Positions 43,657 through 52,172 of a stretch of DNA of 58,110 nucleotides are shown in pieces (positions within the stretch are counted from its first letter, which is position 1; every line of letters starts with the position of its first letter). Origin of the DNA: Poseidonia sp. (GTDB lineage Archaea > Thermoplasmatota > Poseidoniia > Poseidoniales > Poseidoniaceae); assembly GCA_049617635.1 (NCBI GenBank), contig JBMZJQ010000005.1:1-58110 (forward strand). The letters are read 5' to 3'. A model generated the notes under the pieces. It did not search any database. It was not told where the DNA came from and saw nothing but the letters and a program-made list of their open reading frames with translations. A program made the position numbers and the translations under genes.

Positions 43657-44571
43657 GTGGTTCGCCAAAGAGGTATTATCCGCGCACGGTATCGTCGGTT
43701 TGGAGGGGAGACCTTGGACGCTGACCGTGAGCAACGCATGAAGGCCCTCAGGGAGCGGGTCCAAGCGAAGAAAGCGGCCGGCGCACTGCCCCACGAACCC
43801 GAGGAACTCGTGGTGTCTTCCACCGACGTGGAGTTGACCGAGGTCGCCGCTGAACCAACAGAACGCGATGAATGGTTTGAGATGCTGGACAGGGACGCAG
43901 ACAGATGGCGAAACCTCGCTGCAACCCTGATTTTTATCGGCAGCATCCTCGGGATTGTCAGCGGCGCCCTCATTCTCCAAGGAAACCCCAGTGAACTCCT
44001 CAACACCTCGTTGTTTGCTGAACAAGAGTCCGTTGACATTTCTGGGACGGCCCTTGAGGACATCGATGGAAGCGGTGTAGCCAACGTCTCCGTGGAGTTG
44101 CTCGATGCCACATCCCGTGCGCTCCTCCAAAGCACAACCACCGACGGCTTCGGGTATTATGCCATGGAAAATGTTCAGCAAGAAGTCCACATCATCGTGT
44201 TCTCGAAAGAGGGGTACGAAACCGTGGAGCGAACCTTCATGCCCGATAACGTCGGTTTGGACCCTGTAACCATGAAGCCCGGCGACGGTGTGCGGCAAGA
44301 AAACGACGAACAAACAACCTCCGGTTGGACCTTGGACAACGCCGTCGGGCTCTCAAGTGCCATCGGGTTGCTGACCATCCTAACCGCACTCGCAGGTATC
44401 CAAGCAGGGGTTGAAATCCGACGCGGCAAACACTACCGACGCAGTCAATACTTTGCAGGCGTCGCCCTCTTCAGTCGGGGTCTCATCATCATCGGACCGG
44501 CCTTGATCCTGTTTGGAATGGTCGTCAATGTCTTTGCAAGGGACGATTTTGAAGACCGGCGAGAGGATTGA
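43657..44571 (+). CDS. Membrane protein with carboxypeptidase-regulatory-like (transthyretin-like) domain
   Basis: TM, then ISGTALED.DGSGVANVSV...TTTDGFGYY...FSKEGYET, then C-terminal TMs. Confidence 0.75.
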   Translation: MVRQRGIIRARYRRFGGETLDADREQRMKALRERVQAKKAAGALPHEPEELVVSSTDVELTEVAAEPTERDEWFEMLDRDADRWRNLAATLIFIGSILGIVSGALILQGNPSELLNTSLFAEQESVDISGTALEDIDGSGVANVSVELLDATSRALLQSTTTDGFGYYAMENVQQEVHIIVFSKEGYETVERTFMPDNVGLDPVTMKPGDGVRQENDEQTTSGWTLDNAVGLSSAIGLLTILTALAGIQAGVEIRRGKHYRRSQYFAGVALFSRGLIIIGPALILFGMVVNVFARDDFEDRRED

Positions 44572-44573
44572 CC

Positions 44574-45941
44574 ATGTACCTGATATCCGTTGAAGGCGGC
44601 GACGGTTCAGGGAAAGGGGAAGCTGCTCGCATCCTTGGCGAACTTCTACGGGATTTTCCGTTTCCGGATGTTGTGATGACGCACGAACCTCGTCGCCACA
44701 GTGAACTGGGCAAGTTGGCCCTCTCGTCGGTCAAACTCGGCAACAAAACACCGTTGGAAGAAGCTGGCCTGTTCGCTGCCGACCGCCTTGACCATTCGCA
44801 CACCTTTATCCGCCCGCACCTTGCCAGGGGGGCGATTGTCGTTTCCGATCGAAACATTCACTCCTCCCTGATTTACCAGGGTGTGGTCGGAGACTTGGGA
44901 CTTGAAAAAGTGGCCAGCATGAACGCTGCTGCCATGGTTCCCGACCTCGTGTTTTGGATCGACTGCGACCCTGAAAAAGCCATGAAGCGCATTCGATCAG
45001 GCACTCTTCGCATGACCAGTCAGAAGCAAGAATACTTCGAAACCGAAGAAATTCAAACATCGATTCGCCAAGGTTTCCATGAAATGTTCGGAAGTGAAGA
45101 CCCGGTTCCAGCCCCGTTCAACAGCTGCTTTGTGGTTGGTCCAATCATGAACGAAGGTGGATTGGACGAATTGAAAACAAAACTCCGCTCAGAACTTCGT
45201 CGATTTTTCAACAAAAAACCACTTCCGCTGAACGTTGACCGAGACGAAGTGGACCGAAACCTGCTGAACGCGTTGGTGCACGATGTGAAGAAACAGCGAC
45301 GTTTGCCGGGCGCACCGCAAGAACAATCCGCCATCCATATCGGATGGCTCGGAGGAAAATCGCCGGCGGAATGGATGCAAGACGCCGAAGACAATTGGCC
45401 TATCGATTCGGCCCAAGAAAACGACGTCCCTGCCTCACCGCTGGCCCATTCGTGTTGGTCCATCCTCGGCACCCTTTCGTTGATGGTCGGCTCAAGCGAA
45501 GTGCCGCGCCTCCACGCCTCTCTGGGCCCCGTGCGCATGGTCACACAGCGCCACACGCAGCGACTCATCAAGTGGCTCCTGGCGGAAAACTGGGTCCACA
45601 AGCAGCAACACCACACCCCCTTTACCGATGCGCAGTTGTTCAAACTGCGTGATGAGCGGCTTGGTTTTTCGCGATTGACGTTGGCGATGTGGCCCCTTCG
45701 CACCCACTTGGCGTCGTGGCGACGCGCCCATCCTTCCGAGCCGTGGCAGCGTGCTCTTCACGATATTTTCGCCGTTGAAGATGGCAAAGAACTCGCCGCT
45801 TCGCTGAAGAAAGCTGTCGACGACATTCACCACCGTCTGGCCATCTTGACCAGCGGCCATGATGGATGCCCTCTGCCGACCACCGCTGCTGAACTTGAGG
45901 TCTGGTGGTCAATGCGGCCTCCGAATCATTCTGATTCGTGA
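44574..45941 (+). CDS. tmk: Thymidylate kinase with long C-terminal extension
   Basis: ISVEGGDGSGK, THEP, LFAADRLDH, VVSDRNIHSSLIYQG, PDLVFWID, followed by about 240 extra residues. Confidence 0.88.
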   Translation: MYLISVEGGDGSGKGEAARILGELLRDFPFPDVVMTHEPRRHSELGKLALSSVKLGNKTPLEEAGLFAADRLDHSHTFIRPHLARGAIVVSDRNIHSSLIYQGVVGDLGLEKVASMNAAAMVPDLVFWIDCDPEKAMKRIRSGTLRMTSQKQEYFETEEIQTSIRQGFHEMFGSEDPVPAPFNSCFVVGPIMNEGGLDELKTKLRSELRRFFNKKPLPLNVDRDEVDRNLLNALVHDVKKQRRLPGAPQEQSAIHIGWLGGKSPAEWMQDAEDNWPIDSAQENDVPASPLAHSCWSILGTLSLMVGSSEVPRLHASLGPVRMVTQRHTQRLIKWLLAENWVHKQQHHTPFTDAQLFKLRDERLGFSRLTLAMWPLRTHLASWRRAHPSEPWQRALHDIFAVEDGKELAASLKKAVDDIHHRLAILTSGHDGCPLPTTAAELEVWWSMRPPNHSDS

Positions 45942-46774
45942 GCCTCTTGAGCCTCGTTCGTTTTGGCGAGCACAAACGAAGCGTTTCCGGGCAACAAAAC
46001 GCTTCCCGCACCTACGAAGGCTTCTGCGCGAGCAGAGAACATGGAACACACCAAAATCCCGAGGCCCAGACCAAAGGGAATGCCGGTGAGCACACGCTTG
46101 AGATTGGTTGATTCGTAGGAGGTGAGGAGTTGGAGGAAGCCATCGGCAATCAGGGGCAAACAGAGCAGCATCCCGCACGCCAACCAGAGCATGGTTCGTT
46201 GATTTCGCTGGTAAACGCCACCGAGCCAGTCGTCGGGGATCATGGAAAGGCACGTGTCCCGTACAGTCCATCGGTTCCATCCTCGACGGGTGAACAACGC
46301 ACCGCCGACAAACATCCCAAGGAAGATGCCGATGTCACGGGTACAGACTGGAAGTTGGTTGTTGTTAACTTCCCATGATCGCTCGTGTTTTTGGTGACAG
46401 TTGAGGTCACCGAAGGCATAAATGAAGCCAGCATATGGATTGATTTCGGACCAGTCAAACGCACCATGGCCGTGCATTTCTCCGTCGTGCTCGTGTTCAG
46501 CAACCGGGGTGTTTCCGTTGGACCCCCAACCGTCTTGACTGGCGTAATCAAAGGCATTGGCTCGTGCGGAAAGGGCAGGTACGGCTCCCGATTCAATGGT
46601 CATTGGAGCCAAGAAGAAGGAGAAAAAGAAGAAGCCGCATATTCCCATGACCCATCGGCCAACTTTCGCTTCTCGTTTCCGGTCAAGTAGGCCGTTGGGC
46701 TCCATGAGAGAACCATCGGCTAAGCGCACTTCATTCTTTTCACGGCAGAGCAAGCCTTCAATGCCGAGAGCCAA
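45926..46774 (-). CDS. DUF2085-like membrane protein
   Basis: CHQKHERS...QLPVCTRDIGIFLG and PLIADG..Q...YESTN..RVLTG are typical of DUF2085. The start is uncertain. Confidence 0.8.
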   Translation of the reverse strand: MALGIEGLLCREKNEVRLADGSLMEPNGLLDRKREAKVGRWVMGICGFFFFSFFLAPMTIESGAVPALSARANAFDYASQDGWGSNGNTPVAEHEHDGEMHGHGAFDWSEINPYAGFIYAFGDLNCHQKHERSWEVNNNQLPVCTRDIGIFLGMFVGGALFTRRGWNRWTVRDTCLSMIPDDWLGGVYQRNQRTMLWLACGMLLCLPLIADGFLQLLTSYESTNLKRVLTGIPFGLGLGILVCSMFSARAEAFVGAGSVLLPGNASFVLAKTNEAQEAHESE

Positions 46775-46785
46775 CAGGTCATGCC

Positions 46786-47418
46786 ATGCCCGAGGAGGTG
46801 CACCCGAGGATTGGCCTTCGGACCGGTGTGCAAGCCGGGGCTTTCATCGGCCTCTTCCTCGGATTCTCACTCGCCGTCGTCTCGGCCCTGACCCAGCCCG
46901 ATGCTCTGCTGAGATTGGTGCAACTGATGTGCATCACGCCCTTGGCGTGTGCCCTTGTGCTTGGACCGTTTCTCGGGTTGCGTCGAGCGCCCGTTCTGGC
47001 AACCGAAGATCCAGTGGATGAGGTGAGAGGCGTCCTGAATCCATACAACGAGGGTCAAGGAAAATGGCGCACGTTGAGCCATGTACGCAGCGATGGTCGA
47101 ACCGTCCGCATCGACTTGCACAATTCGACCCAACCTCTGGGAATCGTTGCCGCAACCTTGCCGTTCAGCGACCGCTTTCCGGTCCGCTACATCGTCGGAC
47201 GAGGCGAAGCACGAAGCAGAGAACCCTTGTTGCGCCAGCAGGTCCTTGGCTACATTGAACAGCACATTGACCTCAACCGCCGCAGGCGCACCTCTTCTTC
47301 GGTGGAAGTGATGCCAGCCTCCATCATTCAACACATGGAAGCCACTCATCGAATGCATCGACGACTGTTCTATCTGCTGCCCATCATCCTGTTTTTTGCG
47401 TGGTTGGAAATGCGTTAA
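46786..47418 (+). CDS. Membrane protein with Smr-like domain
   Basis: Two N-terminal TMs, RIDLHN...VRYIVGRGEARSREPLLRQQVLGYI (Smr-like), C-terminal TM. Confidence 0.6.
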   Translation: MPEEVHPRIGLRTGVQAGAFIGLFLGFSLAVVSALTQPDALLRLVQLMCITPLACALVLGPFLGLRRAPVLATEDPVDEVRGVLNPYNEGQGKWRTLSHVRSDGRTVRIDLHNSTQPLGIVAATLPFSDRFPVRYIVGRGEARSREPLLRQQVLGYIEQHIDLNRRRRTSSSVEVMPASIIQHMEATHRMHRRLFYLLPIILFFAWLEMR

Positions 47419-47462
47419 GTGAAACGCAACAGGGCTATGAGGGTCGGCGGTTTCGCCAGCCC

Positions 47463-48449
47463 ATGGCCAACGATGTTCGACGGGCGATGGCGTCCTTGAA
47501 ACATCGCGATGTACGAACCCGACGGCGTGCGGTAAGAACCCTGTTTGAACACGGCGATGAAACCGTTCTTGAAGCGTTTGAACTTCTGCTGGACGACGAG
47601 GACCCTTGGTTCGTCTCCAAGGCCTTGGACGCCTACCGAATGTGGAGTTCCTCCGCAGGGCCTTCCGCAGTGAGTACCTTGCTTTCCCACCCAAGTCTTG
47701 ACGTGAGGCGAGCAGGTGCCAACCTGCTGGAAGGGTTGGGTCAAGAGGGGAAAGCGTTGGGCATCCGCACCCTTGACGACACGGATTCCGTTGTCCAAAA
47801 ACAGGCTGCTCGGGCCCTGTCGTTGCTCAATGACGACGAGGTCAACGATGTGCTTGTTGCTCACCCATCGCCCACTGTGCGAAAACTTGCGGTTCAAGCA
47901 ACCAATGTCTCCCCTGAGCAGGTGGTTAATCTCCTGAACGATGATGTTGAAACCGTTCGCAACGCTGCACTTGAAGCGGCCTTGGTACGCGATTTGGACC
48001 TCAACATTGAGGACATCAAGCCCTCTCTTGCCGGCCACCTCCACACCGTCCCGCTCTTGATTTGGTTCGCAAACCACGCTCCTGAAGAACTCGCTGATGC
48101 GGTGGGCAACCTAACGGAACTCCACATCAAGGACGTGACCGACCATTTGCGCGCGCACATCACCTCGAGCAACGATGCCCTCATTCAGGCCCTGCTTCAG
48201 GCCCGATGTTTGGAACCCGTGGCGAGGTGGGTGCTCAAACAAGGCAAGGAGGAAGACGAGTTGCGATGGTCGCTCATCGCCAACACCCACCTGCCCATCA
48301 TCGAGCGGAGCAAACTCCTGGAGCGTTTGATCGGGCGTGCTGGTGAAGCAGACGTCCAGCGACGAACGGCTGAATTCTTAGAACAGACCTCTGAGGAGTT
48401 GCTGAGGGTGGCGTGCGAGAACCTATCAACCGCCGCAACCGAAGTTTGA
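47463..48449 (+). CDS. HEAT-repeat protein
   Basis: Repeated LxDxDxxV / HPSxxVR helical repeats (LKHRDVRTRR, LLDDEDPWFV, LSHPSLDVRR, LDDTDSVVQ, VAHPSPTVR, LNDDVETVR). Confidence 0.85.
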   Translation: MANDVRRAMASLKHRDVRTRRRAVRTLFEHGDETVLEAFELLLDDEDPWFVSKALDAYRMWSSSAGPSAVSTLLSHPSLDVRRAGANLLEGLGQEGKALGIRTLDDTDSVVQKQAARALSLLNDDEVNDVLVAHPSPTVRKLAVQATNVSPEQVVNLLNDDVETVRNAALEAALVRDLDLNIEDIKPSLAGHLHTVPLLIWFANHAPEELADAVGNLTELHIKDVTDHLRAHITSSNDALIQALLQARCLEPVARWVLKQGKEEDELRWSLIANTHLPIIERSKLLERLIGRAGEADVQRRTAEFLEQTSEELLRVACENLSTAATEV

Positions 48450-48451
48450 CC

Positions 48452-50263
48452 ATGAGCACGCCTTCTTCAGGCATCACCTTTCACGCCGATGCAACCAACG
48501 GAGCAGAACATCGCTTGGTGGCCGGGCTCACCATCGAGGGGCCCTTCACCGGTCGGTCGTTGGTGTTGCGGTTTCCCCGATGGGTGCCGGGATCGTATTT
48601 TCTTCGCGAACCCATCCAGCACATGTTTGACTTTGAGGCGTACGATGAGGACGACGACGCGTTGACATGGAAACGCGTCGGCGTGGACAGCATCACGGTT
48701 CGTTTGCGTCAAAACACCGCCAAAGTCCACCTTCGCTATCATTTGCTGGCCAATGAATTGACGGTTCGGTCAAACCACCTTGACGCCACCCATCTTCATC
48801 TCATGCCGCCATTTACCTGGTTTTGGCCCGAGAAAGGTGTGGAGCGTTCGCGCTTGGACGAGGTCCACAGTGTTGAACTGAAAGCCCCTTCAGATTGGAC
48901 CCCGGCCACGCAACTTCAAGCGACCAATGACGGAAAAAGCGATGGCGAGGCCAGAACATGGTCCTTTTCTGCCGCAGGACGGGACCTCTTGCTGGATAGC
49001 ATCATCGAAGTCAACGCCAACCCCGCCATCACCCACGTGGTCGACGGTCGAACCCATCATCTGAAGTGGTGGGACAGCGGAGGTCACCAACCCAACGCCG
49101 ACCGTCTCCAAGCCTTTGTTGAGGACATGGAGCGCATCATCCGAGAACACCATGCGCTGTTTGGCGTTCCCGATTGGCCGGATTACACCACCGTGCTTCA
49201 TCTCACCGAGAAGGGTCGTGGTGGCCTTGAACACATGAACTCCCAGACCTCGATGATGCCTCGCCAGTGCCTCTTCCCACACCATCCTGAAGAATATCGT
49301 GACCTCGTGAGCTTGTTTTCTCACGAATACCTTCACCAGTGGAACGTGAAACGCCTCCGCCCCAAATGCTTCCTCGACTACGATCTTCAATCCGAAGTCC
49401 ACACCGATTTGTTGTGGTGGTTCGAGGGGGGAACCTCGTGGCTTGGCGACATGATGTGTGTTCGTTCAGGAGCGTGGAGTGAAGAAGATTGGCGGTTGGA
49501 TTTTGAGCGCAAGATGAAGCGCCATACACAAGGCAACGGCATGCACCGAGAATCGTTGGCCGAATCGAGTCATGATGCGTGGATACACCTCTATAGAAGC
49601 GGCCCCTATACGAGAGAGAGTCAAATTTCCTACTACCTTGAAGGCGAGTTGGCTATGCTGTGTTTGGACGTTGAATTGCGCCGCCGAAACAACAACGAAT
49701 TTGGTGCCTGCGATCTGATGGCTGAAGTGGTGCGTCGGTTTTCCATCGCCTCCGACGAAGCCGTTGAACACGGCGTGGACTACAGGGACATCCGGACCAC
49801 GCTCAAAGCCTGCCCGGGCGGCTCGAGCATGGGCCCCTTCCTCGACCGGTTGGTCAAGCAGCGTGCCCTACCGAACATCACCAAAGCGATGTCGTTCTTC
49901 CGATTGAAATTGGCGCCTCCACCCAGCACCATCGAAAACCCAGGTTGGTTGGGCATCAACACACGGGACGGGACGGGAAGAGTGACCATCACAACCTATC
50001 ATGCAGGCTCTCCGCTACGAACCTTGAGTCAGGTTGGGGACGAGGTGTTGGCCGTTGATGGTGTTCGTGTTCACTCCTCCAAGCACCTCCAGCAACTGGT
50101 TGCAGGCCGTGCAGGAGAGAGCGTTGCGCTCGAATTGAGCCATGAGGGCATCCTTTCTTCGGTGGAGGTGACCATCGCACCTTCCCCCCAACACGGCGTC
50201 ACCCTGCAGGGCAAAGGAAACGAACGATGGAAAGGATGGATCACGACTCGTCAGGGCCAGTAA
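48452..50263 (+). CDS. M61 glycyl aminopeptidase family protein with PDZ domain
   Basis: PRWVPGSY, GGLEHMNS, SHEYLHQWNVKRLRP, LWWFEGGTS, ISYY, and PDZ motif WLGI...GDEVLAVDG. Confidence 0.93.
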   Translation: MSTPSSGITFHADATNGAEHRLVAGLTIEGPFTGRSLVLRFPRWVPGSYFLREPIQHMFDFEAYDEDDDALTWKRVGVDSITVRLRQNTAKVHLRYHLLANELTVRSNHLDATHLHLMPPFTWFWPEKGVERSRLDEVHSVELKAPSDWTPATQLQATNDGKSDGEARTWSFSAAGRDLLLDSIIEVNANPAITHVVDGRTHHLKWWDSGGHQPNADRLQAFVEDMERIIREHHALFGVPDWPDYTTVLHLTEKGRGGLEHMNSQTSMMPRQCLFPHHPEEYRDLVSLFSHEYLHQWNVKRLRPKCFLDYDLQSEVHTDLLWWFEGGTSWLGDMMCVRSGAWSEEDWRLDFERKMKRHTQGNGMHRESLAESSHDAWIHLYRSGPYTRESQISYYLEGELAMLCLDVELRRRNNNEFGACDLMAEVVRRFSIASDEAVEHGVDYRDIRTTLKACPGGSSMGPFLDRLVKQRALPNITKAMSFFRLKLAPPPSTIENPGWLGINTRDGTGRVTITTYHAGSPLRTLSQVGDEVLAVDGVRVHSSKHLQQLVAGRAGESVALELSHEGILSSVEVTIAPSPQHGVTLQGKGNERWKGWITTRQGQ

Positions 50264-50723
50264 ACGAAGGAAACACCTTCAACGTCTCGAGTGAGTAGAA
50301 AATCGGCGGCGTGTCGTTGGCGATGCTGTGGCGGCTCGTCTTTGGTGGAAAGAGTCCTCCCGACAAACTCATCTCGACCACCTCGCCCTTGGTGAGAGAT
50401 TGACGCCCGCAATGTGGCCAAACATCGACGTGAATGCTTTCGTCCTCAAGATAGTTCACGCACAAAGCGGGCAAGCGTTTGAGCCCCAAGAGAACGCCTA
50501 CCGAATGTCGGTGGTGTCCGTCGAGGATGGCTCCGGTGGCTACGTCAACGATGAGAGGCTTGGTGTAACCTCCCCATTTTTTGGTCATTTCCAAAAGTTT
50601 GTCTCTGTTTTTGACCTTGATTTCTTCATGGGGTTTCAACCATTGGAGGGGAACCAGCGTCACGTCTTCTTCCGTCCACTCCATGGCCTTTGGAGGGGGA
50701 CCTGTCCGATAATGCTTTTTCAC
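50241..50723 (-). CDS. ParB/Srx-fold protein, minimal SerK-like
   Basis: LKPHEE, KPLIVD, ILDGHHR, LTKGEVVEM...LFPPKTSRH. Confidence 0.75.
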   Translation of the reverse strand: MKKHYRTGPPPKAMEWTEEDVTLVPLQWLKPHEEIKVKNRDKLLEMTKKWGGYTKPLIVDVATGAILDGHHRHSVGVLLGLKRLPALCVNYLEDESIHVDVWPHCGRQSLTKGEVVEMSLSGGLFPPKTSRHSIANDTPPIFYSLETLKVFPSFTGPDES

Positions 50724-50757
50724 ATCCTGCCCCGCCTACAAAGCAGAGGCGTGGTCG

Positions 50758-52128
50758 ATGGGCAGTGATACGAGGTTTGTTCCAGGTGTGGAAGCCGACC
50801 TCGTTGGTGAACCGGTGCCTGCTCGGATGCGCGCATGGCTGCGTGGCTTGCCCGACGACCTTTGCGCCATCCTCAACAAACTGTGCACCAACGGTCACGG
50901 GGCTTGGTTGGTTGGAGGGGCCGTTCGTGACGCATGGGTCGGTGTGTCCGACGGTGAGATCGACATCGACGTTGCCACCACCCACCCCCCTGAAGAGGTC
51001 CTCTCGTTGTTTGGCACCGATGCAATCGATACCGGTTCAGCCTTTGGTACCATCACGGTCAAAGGCGAAGGCAACCACTACGAAATCACCACGCTCCGCA
51101 CGGAATCGCTGTACAGGGACGGTCGCCGACCGGAGCATGTCGAATGGGGAGATTCGCTCAAGGAGGACTTGAGTCGGCGCGATTTCACGTTCAACAGCAT
51201 GGCCGTGGACGCTGGGCGAGCCCTGCTCTACGACCCGTATGATGGCATTCAAGACCTGCACGACAGGACGGTCAGGGCTGTGGGCGACCCTGCGGTTCGT
51301 TGCGAAGAAGACGCATTGAGAATCTTGAGGGCGTACCGTTTTCTCAACCGGGAGACAGAAGCACTGTGGTCCATGGAAGACGAACTTCAACGCGCCGTCA
51401 TCAGCAGAAAGGACCGGCTTTCGATGGTCGCAGTGGAACGACGGTGGATGGAACTGAAGAAAATCATGGACGGGAATCATGCAGGAGCCATTTTGAGTCA
51501 GATGAAACGCGACGGCGTTCTCGCCGTCGTTTGGCCTTCGTCAACCACCGTTCGCCACGAACTGCTCGAAGCCCTGGATGAACCCCTTCTCCGAGGACTG
51601 CAGGCCCACCATCGGGTGGCGGTCCTCATGATTGAACAACCGACCAGTGCTTTGCTCAAACATCTCTCGGAGATGAAGAGTTCAAAGGAATTTCAACGTG
51701 GAAGCGCGCTGTTCCACGAACGATTGCCACATCTGCCCGCCACCACCATCGGCGAACTGCGGGTGTTTGACCTCGTGCTTGGTCCAGACGCCCCCCTCCA
51801 TCTCCATGTCCGAACGGTGCTTGAACCGCTTGGCCCCTTTTTCCACGGCGAGGTCAACCAACCTCCTGCTCGGTCAAACGAGACTTTTGAGGCTTGGAAA
51901 GCCATGCCACCACGTCAATCTCCCGGCGATTGCCTGGTTGACGGGCACTGGATTATGCAACGAACCGGCGTGCCGCAAGGCATACGCCTTGGCCGACTCA
52001 AACAATGGCTCCACCGGTTGCAAATCGAGCATGATTTCACATTGGTCAGCGAAATGGAGGCGTTGTTGAGCCGACTACCGTTCGAACACGGCGATCATGA
52101 GGGTTGGCCGAGCGTGGCCTTCCCCTGA
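50758..52128 (+). CDS. cca: Class II (bacterial-type) tRNA nucleotidyltransferase, CCA-adding
   Basis: LVGGAVRD, DIDVAT, EITTLRTESLYRDGRRP, EDLSRRDFTFNSMA, EDALRILRAYRF, VAVERRWMELKK. Confidence 0.88.
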   Translation: MGSDTRFVPGVEADLVGEPVPARMRAWLRGLPDDLCAILNKLCTNGHGAWLVGGAVRDAWVGVSDGEIDIDVATTHPPEEVLSLFGTDAIDTGSAFGTITVKGEGNHYEITTLRTESLYRDGRRPEHVEWGDSLKEDLSRRDFTFNSMAVDAGRALLYDPYDGIQDLHDRTVRAVGDPAVRCEEDALRILRAYRFLNRETEALWSMEDELQRAVISRKDRLSMVAVERRWMELKKIMDGNHAGAILSQMKRDGVLAVVWPSSTTVRHELLEALDEPLLRGLQAHHRVAVLMIEQPTSALLKHLSEMKSSKEFQRGSALFHERLPHLPATTIGELRVFDLVLGPDAPLHLHVRTVLEPLGPFFHGEVNQPPARSNETFEAWKAMPPRQSPGDCLVDGHWIMQRTGVPQGIRLGRLKQWLHRLQIEHDFTLVSEMEALLSRLPFEHGDHEGWPSVAFP

Positions 52129-52172
52129 TGTGCAGGCATCATCTTGATGATGAGGCGGGTGTTGGGAGGTGC

